From assembly GCA_051362555.1 (NCBI GenBank), contig CM120641.1, positions 39,562,401 through 39,626,400 on the forward strand: a stretch of 64,000 nucleotides of DNA. Reading direction: 5' to 3'. Below the pieces are notes generated by a model. It was given only the letters and a program-made list of their open reading frames with translations, had not been told where the DNA came from and searched no databases. Origin of the DNA: Lingula anatina (taxonomy: Eukaryota; Animalia; Brachiopoda). Made by a program: the position numbers and the translations under genes. Of the stretch, positions 12,101-24,179 are shown piece by piece (within the stretch, counting starts at the first letter, position 1; each line of letters starts with the position of its first letter).

Positions 12101-14318
12101 TTATTTTGCTTTATGTAAAAAAGGTGTTGAAAATGGAAATAAACTCTTTCAATACAGTTTTCTCTTGTTTACATTTTGGGATTTTCAAAGTATGATTCTG
12201 AACTCTATAGGCTATTCACATTTTCTGAATATCCATGATACTTTTATTTTATTATTAAAAAATTTATGGTTATTATGCTGTTAAGCATTGTGTAATATTG
12301 CATCAAAATTGAACAAAACCCTGCCTCCGTAGTGGTGGTGAAAGGAAAACCATGTCACTTGCTCTTCTCACACTTACAGGAAAGAAACATAGGACTGAAA
12401 TTCAGCTTCAGTTGAAAAATTGTCTCATTGATTAATTGTTTGGAAGTAATACAGGTTTTTTTGTGAAAATTTTTATCTTTCACATGTTGCAATTTTCAGT
12501 GTGGGACTTAGAGCTCCCTTGGGCATGAAGCCCAGTGGTAATCAAATTTTCTTAATGTCCATGTTTTTAATAGTAGATATTTTAAAATTGGTGGTATTTA
12601 ATTAGTTAATCATTATGTAATGTTGCATCAAAATTGACAAAAAACCAACTTTGTGCTCTGCTACCATTAATATTATGTAAAGTAAAGTGTTACTTTCTAT
12701 TTTTTTACTATTCTTACAAAAATGATTCTTAGGATTGACATTCAGCTCATATTAGAGAACCAGCTCTATTGGATTATCATTTTTATTAAATTTATGAATT
12801 TTTTGTGAAATTTTCATTTTTCTCATTCTGGCACTTTCTAATTGTAAACTTGAATTCTGATGGGCCTGGAGCCTTATGCTTTTACTTTCATCAGTGTTAC
12901 CTGTACGTTGTGCATAATTAAAATTTGATGTTGACTGTGCAGTTAAACATAATGTATTATTGCATCAGAATTGGTAGTCTCCTGTTTTATTTTGTGCATT
13001 ATTGTTTTCTGCTTTTCTTAAGGTGTGACTTATGGACCTGAAGACCTTTGATAGACAAATTTGTGTGGTCAGTCTGTTAATTCCCCTTGGGTATTCACTA
13101 GGCTAATTTCATTGCTATAAACTCATTTGCCTAATTAAGCGGCCATTAAATGAAATTTCATAAAGCATACTTGTTGATATTTCCCTGTAAACTCCCAAAG
13201 GTTAAGCTCTCTGCTAGATAACATAGTGTCCATAATAAGGAAGCAGTGAATAGCAGCTTCATTGGAATTATATTTTTGTTATTTTCTTTTTAATTTTTTC
13301 TCCAACACTGGCATTTTTAAGATGTGATTTTTAACTCCCATCCACCTGAGGCTCTGCACATTTTCAGTATTTCCACATAAGCAGTTGTATTGGTATTTAT
13401 GTCTTTAAACACGCTGTAATATTATTTTATGCACTGTCATCATTTTTCATATATTGGGACTTTCATCATGTGAATTTTAACTCTCATGGTCCTGAAACTG
13501 TAATCTTATTGAAGGGGATTGATTGAGACCATTTTCTGGGTCTCCTGGAAGACAGTCAGATTTTAAAGTTTATATTTACGGGTTTCTGTTGGAAGACCAT
13601 CAAAATGGAGGATGGATCAACAAAGATACTTTGGAATACTGTCAGAAAATATCTCTGGATCTGCTCCTGTTATTGACCATGTTACCTGTTGTGCATGATT
13701 AAAAATCAGTGTTGACTGACTGTGCTATTATAAGCATATATTATTGCATCAAAATTGACAAAATGACCTATATTGCATCTTTTTTTTTCTGTTTTTTGTC
13801 TGTACATTTGACAGCTTTGCTGCCTTGTTTTTTTTTTTTTTTGAGGGCAGCCAGCACTAAACATTTTATTGCATACTTTTGAAAAAGGTTAAGACATTGA
13901 AGTAATTTACACAGGAATATATAGAAAAACATCCAAGATAAACTGAGGCCATGTACAATTTAAATGGTAGCAGAAAATCATAAGGTTTAGACATGAATTA
14001 TTTTTATGATTGTGTGAATATTCACTTGATGAATTAGGTAATGAGCCCAGAATTGACCTTGTAATTAATCATCCAAATCTGGATACTTTCCAGGGCCTGA
14101 AGCATGACTTTGGTCCTCTTCCACCCTTATTTCAAGCAGCAGGAACAGCAGATTCTTTGGTATTGTATGATTGGGTAGCCACAACAAATAAAGAACTCTC
14201 TGCTCTTGGTGTACAGACTACATTTCATAAGTTTGACAATCTTTGCCATGAGTTGAGTAGAGAGGAGGTCCAGTTAATGAGAAAATGGATTGAGGAAAGA
14301 GTACCAGATGATAGATGA
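9191..14318 (+). CDS. LYPLAL1: Lysophospholipase-like protein 1 (APT/LYPLA-family alpha/beta hydrolase), 5 exons
   Basis: Approximate exons 9191-9290, 9744-9843, 10234-10403, 10597-10712, 14094-14318. Motifs: '[12 protein letters not shown]', '[17 protein letters not shown]', 'VWFDRKQIS', nucleophile '[11 protein letters not shown]', Asp 'GTADSLV', His 'LCHELSREE'. An alternative in-frame ATG lies at 9182. Confidence 0.95.
10978..11760. repeat. Tandem array, 161-bp unit x ~5
   Basis: Unit start accgataacac recurs at 10978, 11139, 11300, 11461 and 11622; the last copy is degenerate. Confidence 0.92.
13511..13669. mobile_element. Short dispersed DNA-transposon-like repeat nested in the HINE; second copy at ~55373-55536
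   Basis: Shares 'tctgggtct.ctggaagac.gtcagatttt...aaaatggaggatggatcaacaaagata.tttggaa..ctgtcag.aaatatctctggatct' with the second copy. Flanked by TTATT direct repeats. Confidence 0.65.
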
Positions 14319-14404
14319 ATGGCACATGTATATGAAAAATAGTAATTTTATCTCTGCGGCTATACTGACAAAAGATTGGAGGCCTACAAAGATGTTTTCC
14401 AAAG

Positions 14405-14600
14405 AGGCCATTCGGAATGAGAAGAGCGGAGTGCTAGCTAGGCCACTACCTAAATACGGCGGACCTACATGAAAGGAAGACCGCTTAATCCTGTAATGGT
14501 CTCTCTGTCTCTCACACGTCTCTCCACACGTCGTCTCTTGACCCGTTGAATTGAGCCGAGATTTAATTACTGTGCCCCTGCAGGGATGACGCACGTGGAG
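14405..14600. mobile_element. Truncated relative of the 27365-27671 MITE, in the LYPLAL1 3' region
   Basis: Shares 'ctaaata.ggcgga..tacatgaaagga', 'ctctcacacg..tc.ccacacgtc' and 'gagccgagatttaat.actgt.cccctgcagggatgacg' with that element. Confidence 0.7.
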
Positions 14601-15523
14601 TCCACATTTGAGATATGAGTGCACATATTTTGTATGATATTTGCATTTTACCCATTTTATGCTGTAGTACTCTCCAGTATGGAAAGAAATCAATAGAAAT
14701 TAAAAAGCGATATAAAACAGTTATGCAGATATTAGTGTTTGACCAAAGTACAAAATTGACTTCTAAATCTTTGACATTAATTTACCCATTTAACCAAGAT
14801 ATAATTACAATTATACTATATTCCAGTTTATTAAGGGTTCATCAGACTACTTTGATATAATATTGTTTGTGGTACAAAAATTACTTGTACTAGATTCCAG
14901 TTTTTGAAGGAGTAATCTTACATACTACTTAAGGTTTCATTTGTTTTAGATTTGAATTAGCATACCTTTATGAAAATTATTTATAATTGTATCAGTCTAT
15001 CTAACTGTGAAGGTTATACATTTTCATAAACTCAAAACTACAACTACAATTTCAAATGGCCACAAGAAGAAAATGGATGCTCAAATATTTATTGTTACAC
15101 CAAAATTGCTCCAACCAAGAACAATCCTCTACATTTGTAACTAACCAGCTTTAAATATAACTATTTACGTAATAAAATATTTCTGATTGCCTAATTTCAT
15201 GTGAATACTTTTTAACTGAAAACGTGATTTACTGAAGTGAGCAACTGCACAAGAGAAGATATAGAAAGTTCATGTTAAAAAGTCACATTTGACACAAGTG
15301 GATCCCTTAAAGTGTTATTACAAATTATTACTTATTAAAAATGTAGGATGTAGTTCCATGTGAAACTTAAACCCATTTAAGTATAAAAAATAAATGGAAA
15401 ATAGCCCCAGTCAGAACTGGTCTGGTAAAATATTTAACAATTAAACCTTTGAAATGAACTCTACCAGCCATCTTCAACCTAAGAGCTACCAAGTCTGTTA
15501 ATACATATTTTATCAGAATTAAT

Positions 15524-18500
15524 TCAACTTCTTCTGTTCCCTCTACAAAACATGGTTTTCTCTCTTTTTTGTGGGACAGTCTCTTTCTTAGTCACTTTGG
15601 ATGTTTGTGAAGCCCGCAGCTTTTCCTGCTTCTTTTTTAAAGCTGCCTGTCTTTTTCTTTCAATTTCTGCAGCAGTGCATCTGGACTGACTGGTCTGCTG
15701 GGTTGCTTGTGCTAGAAAAAAAGAACACCCTTCTCCAATTATCAAGAACAACTTTGATATCAACAATTGATCAATTCAATTACAAACATACAACACTAAA
15801 ATATACCCTTAGAGGTTTGCATGCACTGGCCACACAAGAATGGTGACTACTGAAAATAATCTATTAGTTTCAACTGTAATTATTTGGGGCACTTTTGAAA
15901 ATTAATACTATTTCACTTCTGAAACATGAATACAGTGATAGTTTTGTTATCAGTCCAGAGGACTAGCAACGACAGACTACAGTTCACCTAAAAGATTTTT
16001 TAATGTTCCTTGATCAATGATGTGAACTATGTCCCAATATCAAGCTGTTTTGACAGCCACTTTTGATTGAAATCAAGGTCACATATCAGATATCATCTTT
16101 GAAAATACAAGATTGTCCACTCCACAGGGTAAAGTGATGATATAAGCATTAATATGTGTGAAGTAAAGGAAAAATATGAATAAGGTTATAAATATATTTT
16201 TTTTTCATGGACTACTTACATTCCATGTGGTCCAATATAGCAAGGATCTGTGGTTCTGACAAGGCATCATCATCATCATCAAGTAAGGAATCACTGCTAG
16301 CATGTGCACATTCTAAAGAAAACAAAATCAGGATTAAACAAGTGGTGGATTGCTGGGAATAATCCTGCTCAAGACTAACCCTTGTGAACATTACAGGTAA
16401 ATGAGACAGACACAGCTTCAGGCATGTACTAGGGATTCTAATGTGTTATATCCTCATCATAACATTATACATTAACATTCATCAGTCCCCATTACATATC
16501 CTCAAAAAGAAGACATGGCATCATTGTGCTTTTACCACACATCGACTTGGGTTGCATTCACAACAGTGACTATTCTGCAGATCAAATGTGACCCACCCAC
16601 TTGAATGCTTGTTGTGAAATCCCCATGGGGAATTTATTCAATGTTCATTAGGAGGTTAGACAGCAAGCTTTTAAGTGGGTCGCCAGAACTATTAGTCTAC
16701 TGTTGTGAATGCAGCTATAGTCCATTTTTATGAATTTAAAATATAAAGAGTATATGCACAGTCAGTCACGTGAAGAAATAAATAATAATAATTTGAAAGT
16801 TGTCACAAAAGATGCTTGACACAAAACAATTACCTTCAGCTCCTGCAGCAGTATTGCCTGAAGTCTGTGCAGATGCCTGCACCTTGTCAAACTGAACCTG
16901 TGAACCATTTTGGTTTGATATGTTAACTTCTTTCGACATCCTGTTGGTACATAGCCTTCTGTTTGATTTAGCATTAGTGTCAGCTAAGCAAGTTTGAGGC
17001 TTAAGAATTTCAGCCTTCGCTGGTTTATGAGGGGTCGTTCCGTCCAAAACTTCATCTGGTTCTGCTAGCTGAAACAGCAGGTCATCTGTCAAACTGTTGT
17101 CATTCCAGTCACCAGACTTCAGCACCTTATGTTCATCTGAGATCACAGTAGGCTGTTTACTGCCAAGACCAACATCTGATTTATCAACAACATTGATATT
17201 TGGCACCGATCCAGTTGATGAATAGCTTTCTTTTCTACTTGTCTGGATTTTAAGTTCACATTTTGGCTGCAAGGAAGACCCATACTTCTTACTTGGATCC
17301 ATTTGCACTGTGTTTAATTTTGTGTTATGCTTGTTTGAATTTGTGGATGAAAAGTCAGTTTGCGCCATTTTACTCCTCTGCAGTTCAGTAGATTGTATCT
17401 TCCCTTTAAAATTAAACTTTTTCCCTAGTTTAATATGTTCCTTAACTCCATTTGAACAAGGGTCTTTGCTACTACAACTAGCACTTTTCAAAGTAGACAG
17501 TTGCTGGGACTGATCTCCAGTGCTGTGTTTCACATTACTGGTCCAATTTGACTGGCATTTCTTTTGTTGAACCAAATCCAACATATTCTGAGGGGTTAAG
17601 TTTGTATGAGATTTTGCTACAGTTGGAATATAATCAAGTACATTTTTATTAAGTACATTAGGTGGACCACTATCAAGACTGAAAGTGGCTCTGCCAGATT
17701 TTTTAACAGGGATGTCAAGTAGATCAGCGATGTTTCCACTTTTCCTCTTAACAGTCTTTGAGGCATGTGCTAAGGGGAAATCATCAAACATCTCTTGGGT
17801 AGCTTTAATGAGGGATTCATCATTGAAAAGGTCATCACTCTCCCAGCCATCATCAAGGGGTGCAATCCCATTTTCAAGAACATCATCTTGTTCTTCACAC
17901 AGACGTCTCTGGAACAGTGTGCCGTTTCGTTGCTGCTCAAGTATAGACTCCCTTTCAGTCTGGCTGAGCTGGGAGACGATCTGTGACAAGGCTGCCATGG
18001 TGCTTGGTGAGGAGGGAAGAACAACACTTCCTTTATCAAACACATAACTCAGTGGCTGTGTACTGGTCGTGTTATTGGATTCACCCACTTCTCTCACTTG
18101 TGTTAATTCCTCTTTTAAATCTTTTGAAGATTTACTGCAATAATAAAAACCTAGTATTCAATACATCTTTTTTTTTCATTGGCCCTGGGTTTGTTTTATA
18201 CCCAGAATGAATGGCAAAGCATAAAAGCTACAAGCATGAAAATCCTGAATCTATGAAGGCACAACTGTTCTTACACAAATCATTTTTGTATTCCAGTGCA
18301 CTAAAAAGCTTTGCATAAACTATGAATGATTTCACATTCTCTAATTCCCCAACTATAAAAAGCTGGTTAAATATGCTTAAATATAAAAAAATATAACAGA
18401 CATAGTTGTGACTTTGATACGTAATCTGTACTTTCTTTTTGCTTTCATGTTGCAAACAACATATTACCTATTTTTTCCATGTTCTGTTGTCTCATCTGAA

Positions 18501-20319
18501 ATGCAAATAATCAAAATGGTTATCTTTATGTTCTTCCAACTTAGAAATACATGCTATGGTTTGAACACTACTAATGATCTAATCACAGGGTTAGGACAGA
18601 ACCAGACATATGAGATTACAATACAGTCTGAGAGTTCTGTTTGAGGCACCTCAAATCATTCTAGGGTAATATTTAATATAAAGCAGTTCTTTCTCCCTTA
18701 CCTTGCAATTTTATGATATCTGCAAGTTTCTCCATAAGATCTTTAGACAACACATTTGGCTTGGTTGATTTCAGTTTTCCTCGCCCTTTTTTCTTCATCT
18801 GTCTGAAAGATGTGAAGAAACAAAACTGGCTATACAAAAGAAAAAAAAAAAAAAAGAAACACAGAAATGCAAATACCATTCTCATTAAGCAAAATCACTG
18901 TAAAGGTCCAAGGTTGAATCACAGGATTTAGCAGCCAGACAATATCATGTCAATATTATGGCTGACACTTATTAAGAAGATGACCATGGAAGACTGAAAA
19001 CTTTATCTAAAACGCACAAAACCTACAACTTACCTTGTAAAAGGTCTGGATTCTTCTGCATCTTCCAAATTCCAAATGCCCATCAAAGTTGAAGAGCAAG
19101 AGGGCACAACTTTTGCCTTATAAAACACCAAGAGATACACATTTGCCATCTTTTAAATAAAACTGCCAACTTTATCCACACAACATTTATATATACAGCT
19201 AAAAATTACCTTGAACTAGAAGACTAAAAATATAAAACCTTCATATTGATGTAGAGCTGTAAATGAGCTTCCAAAATAACAATCACCATAATATCAGATG
19301 TAAACACACATTTGTTTGAAAAAAATTCTGTATCAGCAAAAACAACTCTATATGTTTCAAGTTAGAAAATGATATTACGTATTTCCAAGGGTTATTTTGT
19401 TACATACAGACACTTACACCATCCACCAGGTCATTCACCAAGTCTTTGATTTCATTTTCCCTGTTTTCAGCTGGTAATTTTTGCAGGCACACTGTGGGTA
19501 AGATAATGAATGGATAAGAAAGAAACTTGTGAAAAAAAAACAAACTTTTAATCAAACTAAAAATTGCTCTCTGCATTTATCTTTTTCAAATATCTGTGAA
19601 TACCTAACAACCCATGCTAAAGCATATGATGCAGATCATAGACATCAATTATACCAAAGCAAAACAATACTATGCAAGTCACTGATTTACTTACTCTGAT
19701 TGAATCTTTTAATGGCATCTGGTGAGTTACAGTCCCAAACAACTTCTCTTGATTCTGCTTGTGACAGAAGGATGTCATCCTTCAATTTAGGGGTGAAAAC
19801 AAAACTGTCCTGCAGCTTACATTTCTGAAGAAATTATGGCATAGCATAAAACAATGTTACGTCTTCAATTCAAGAGTGCCAAATTCGCAAATTTTAGCTA
19901 CTTCGATAAAAATTTTTGGTACTGAAATTTTTGCTAAATTATGTGGTGCACTTTTAATAAAAATTACAGATATCTTTATCATAATAACAAGGTAACCAAG
20001 AATCAAAATATTATGCTATAAATGTACCATGAACCTATCTTCAAGCTTAATGCAATACATTTTAATTCATACGCATGCAATCACCGTATCCACTTACCTT
20101 AGGGTGACGTATAGGAGTTGACATAGTAAACAATGAGTTTTGTCTAGGACTTAGCAACTCAATCAGTGAACCATCACTGTCTTTTGGGGTTGAAGATTTC
20201 ACAAATCTTAATGAAGCTGGGGGACTCTGAATACAAGGGCTCCTAACAATCTGCTTTAGTGTTTTGCTTCTTGTCCTCTTCGCTGGATTAGAACTAGGAG
20301 ATGTTAATATTGCATCCAT
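15524..20319 (-). CDS. ETAA1: ETAA1-like ATR activator (RPA-binding)
   Basis: Approximate exons 20435-20098, 19824-19695, 19492-19419, 19098-19034, 18802-18701, 18135-16834, 16312-16221, 15711-15524. Contains an ATR-activation-like motif 'REVVWDCNSP', 'EIKDLVNDL', acidic 'WESDDLFNDESLIKATQ' and 'DDLLFQL', and a C-terminal RPA32-binding-type 'CTAAEIERKRQAALKK'. The start Met is uncertain: first in-frame ATG is 20319, and a probable non-coding first exon has its donor at ~21951. Confidence 0.85.
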
Positions 20320-21361
20320 TTTTTGGTCATCAGAATTGTTTGCTGCATGTGTCTTTATACTTTTAGTTGATTTTGTACTTTGCTCCTGAACAATGTTGGT
20401 CTCAATATGCACTGCAGTAACACATGGTATCTGACCTGAAAGCAGTGAAAGCATTACTTTTAAGTACTCAAACTGCATAAACAATACACAGTTACTGATT
20501 TCAAAATCTCTCATATTATGCCATACTGATAGTAACATTTAATAGAAGCCACTCAATGGCTCTTTTTGACAACATGGCAGACAAGCTGACAATAAACAAA
20601 TTGTACTGATTTGTTAAGTTGGATAAACAATATTAGTTAAATAGTAATACATTTTGCTTTTAAAAATATCATCTTGTTTTCTTGGGAATGACCTTAATAC
20701 TGGCCTTTTTTTTAAAGTGTATTTCCCTGAATTGCACATTTAAGAATGATTGAAACTTATACTAAAGAGGGAGGGTAACCAATAGAAGTCATATACAGAT
20801 GTAGACTGACAAACTGCGAAGTTTTGAAAGTGCAAATACTAACATTTGTCGGGATTTAGTAATTAGTCTTTACTTTACTGTCTTCAAAATCACACCATAC
20901 AAATTATTAATGCTAATTAAAAGATAATTTACTTATTCCAAGTAACTGTCTCAAGCCCATGTTACTTCCTTGCCTCAATTGAAAGCTGGGTACAGGGTAC
21001 TTTTGCAGTATTTCCCCTTCCCTACAACTCTCTCATTTTTAATGTCAATCAAAATTAAGATATGTGCAGTTATTGTCTCTGCTATTCAGATATATCAGCT
21101 TGAAAATTTTCTTCAAGCTCTTTGACAAATGAAATCACAGCAATTTTCCCTCCCAACGATGGCTGCGGCTCTATCATATTTGGATGGCTTAAAGTTTTGT
21201 GTAGAAAACATTGTTAAATTCTCAAATTGATTTATATGAATAGCAGAATAGTACTATTCAAAGTCATCGCACAAATAAATTAAGGAGAGACATTGAAAAT
21301 CAAACAGTTTATATGGTACTGGTGGTGGTGTTAGAGGATACTGCAAAAGTGCTGAAAGCAG

Positions 21362-21508
21362 GGCTCCGTATCTTGAAAGGTTCGCTATGTTGCGCACGTG
21401 CGCAAGTGTCTCGATTCCATGGCCCCGTATCTCAAAATAGAATCGGTTATGGAATCGAGACGCTTGCGCACGTGCGCAACATAGCTAACCTTTTCGAGAT
21501 ACGGAGCC
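21362..21508. mobile_element. PIF/Harbinger-type palindromic MITE
   Basis: About 60-bp TIRs ggctccgtatct.gaaaggtt.gctatgttgcgcacgtgcgcaag.gtctcgattccat. 3-bp CAG direct repeats at 21359-21361 and 21509-21511. Confidence 0.8.
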
Positions 21509-23642
21509 CAGGACTTATAACTAATTCAAATTTGTTGCCCTATCAGCATTAGGTAGGTATGTTACAATCGCCGCTTTAGACGGCGGCCATTTTCTCAGAT
21601 CACACGTGCTTGGCGCTTGCGCAAAGCGCAGAGGGGTGCCCTCAATATCGGGCTGCTGATTGGCTCTCATTGGGAATATCCCAGTGATTCCTAGCTTATG
21701 ACGCAGAGGAGAATCCCCTCTACTGCCTCGAGTTCGAAATTTTTGTTTCAATGCTATATTCCTCCTGTGGGACAAGTTTGAAAAGTCGCCCCACTTTGAC
21801 TTCTCCAAAAACACTGACCAAGCGCATGGACACTAATCTTATGTATATGGACATTGAATATTAAGTTTTATCTATAAACTGACGAAGTTTCATTAAAATC
21901 TGAGCATTAGAACATGTTTATTTTTTATCCGGAACGTGTCGTAGTACTTACCGCGATCTACTGAAAATTCAAAATGGCGGATGTTTTGACTGACGATAGC
22001 TAGCTAGGCTATAAATAATGACTATAAAAATAAGCGATGGCTGATAATAATTACAAAATGAATGGTTAATAATAATAATAATTAATAGATACATATGCTA
22101 AATGGTGTAATTAAATCAAACAATTATTTCTAGATTTTTTATCTGTGGGGAAATTGAGAATTTTACAGATGTACATGTATTTTTTAAGGCATAATTTCTT
22201 TAATGTATTACATTCCTATTGAGTAGTAGCAACAAAATAGAAAAGCCGGCTGCTCTGTTGTCCTATTCTATACAACCAAAGCTCAAGAAATGTACACAGA
22301 TATATAATTTTTGTGAAGATACTTGAATTTGCCAGCTGTCAGTAAATGCATGTATGGTACTGTAAAGGTAACTACAGGTTTCGAATCTGGATATATCTTT
22401 TTTAATTCCTTCTTATTTTTTTTTTTAAGCAATACAGCCAAGGTGATGCTGATCTAGCTGACATTGCTTATGATAGAGGAAAATATCAATTTTTGCTAAC
22501 TGATACCTTTTTTCAACTGACATGTAGGAAAATGTTTTCATAAAATTTAATACATACTAGTAAATAGATGCCACTATTTTCAGAGTGATCGATTGCTTCT
22601 TGATCACTAATTAATTGATTGACATTTATTAGCAGTCTGAAAACATAATTTCTGATTTATCTGCTTGTGTTATATCTCCTAACTTTCATTTTAGGTGTTT
22701 TCTTACTGGGTTTTAGCATTTGGGAGATGATCCAAGCACTTTTTTATTTGATAACCAGTTGAACAAGTTTGGGATTAATTACTTATTAATTTATAAATTA
22801 ATTGATTTTGTCTGTCTATTTCAGATTTAGATAAAGTAGTCTATCCAGAATGCTTCAGGCTGTTTCTCCTGAAAATGTCATTGAATTATCTTGAATTTTA
22901 TGGGAACAGTGGACGTTTTTGTTTGACACATCAATTTTCATGATCACAGTTTTTCGGAAATCATAATGTTAAACCAACAGAAAAAAATGCGTCAAATTGG
23001 GAAGAGTATTTTTGCAATATCTTTGTCGATTTTTGGGCTATAGGCTTGGTTTTGGTATCAAAATCCATCTTTTTTTATGGTCCATCTGACTGCCTTGATT
23101 TTAGGAGGTTTTGGGGACTTTGAAAATTTTTGTAACATACCTACATTAGGTAGGAAGCACAGACTAAGTCTAAGTTTCGTGGTGTGTTAAATTTTGTAAA
23201 CCGCCATAAATTTAAACGGTTTATCCATACTCAAATATGTGGCTATTTTTTTAGCTCAATTAGAAAAAAATATCATGTGTGCCCCCTACATTAGACATCA
23301 CCAGTTAGTTCTGTGACTGAAGCTAGCGTGGACTTACTGATTGCATCCTTTCTCTGGGTCTCGGTTACCTTTCTCTGCCGTTTGCCCATTTCACTCATAC
23401 CCCTTCCTTCATGTTATTGGTAAATGCATTAAAGTTTAAGAAAATATCAATCCAGAGTCAAACTATTGATATTCAAATCACAACACTAGCAGGGGTACCG
23501 ACTGTAGCAGAAATTAAAAATGGCCGCTCTTCTCAATGCCTCGTTTTCGAAATAGGTCAATGGGAAGAAACTGAAGATTGATGTAGCAGGCATAATATTC
23601 GACTACTTGTTCCTTAACTTGAAGACAAATCCTTACTTAACG

Positions 23643-23926
23643 ATGAAATTAGCAGATTACCAGTATATAGTAAAAAATATTCACCACTCGTGGAATAGAA
23701 ATTGCCTCCAGGACTTGGCAAAGAAATTTCCAGAGTAAGTGTGAACCGATTGATAACTTTGGCGTCAATTTAGCAGTTGTACAGTATATCAGTTGAGTTG
23801 TATCAAACTTGCTGTCCTGAGAATTCTTTTAAAGTAGTGATAAATAAATTTCATCTTGTAGAAAATATCCTTTGGGAGTGACACAGAAAATGATTTCAAT
23901 TCATGTCCAACTGTTAGTCAAATAAC

Positions 23927-23969
<43 letters not shown>

Positions 23970-24091
23970 TATTTTTAATTTCTCAGATATTCAGTGGAGA
24001 CCCTAGGAAGTATTTATTCGCAGGAATATCAGGTGGGTATAGACTGATTGAAGCTGAGGTATTCATATTTTCGTATTTATTATCATAGTGC

Positions 24092-24179
<88 letters not shown>

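Larger units (their letters stand above)
10872..13830 (+). mobile_element. Helentron-associated non-autonomous element (HINE/DINE-1-type), ~3 kb, filling most of LYPLAL1 intron 4
   Basis: 5' T-run, then the subTIR/hairpin atgtacagacac-ag-atgtgtctgtacat, a (GTC/GCC)n microsatellite and internal tandem repeats. The 3' end has the inverted subTIR gtctgtacat (~13797), a stem-loop gacagc-ttt-gctgcc and ttgtttt. Confidence 0.75.

Noticed and set aside
17310-18210. Several plus-strand and alternative-frame ORFs
   Set aside because: Shadows of the large ETAA1 exon.
20930-21215. Possible first coding exon of ETAA1
   Set aside because: The ATG frame I examined stops after about 32 codons, well before any donor.
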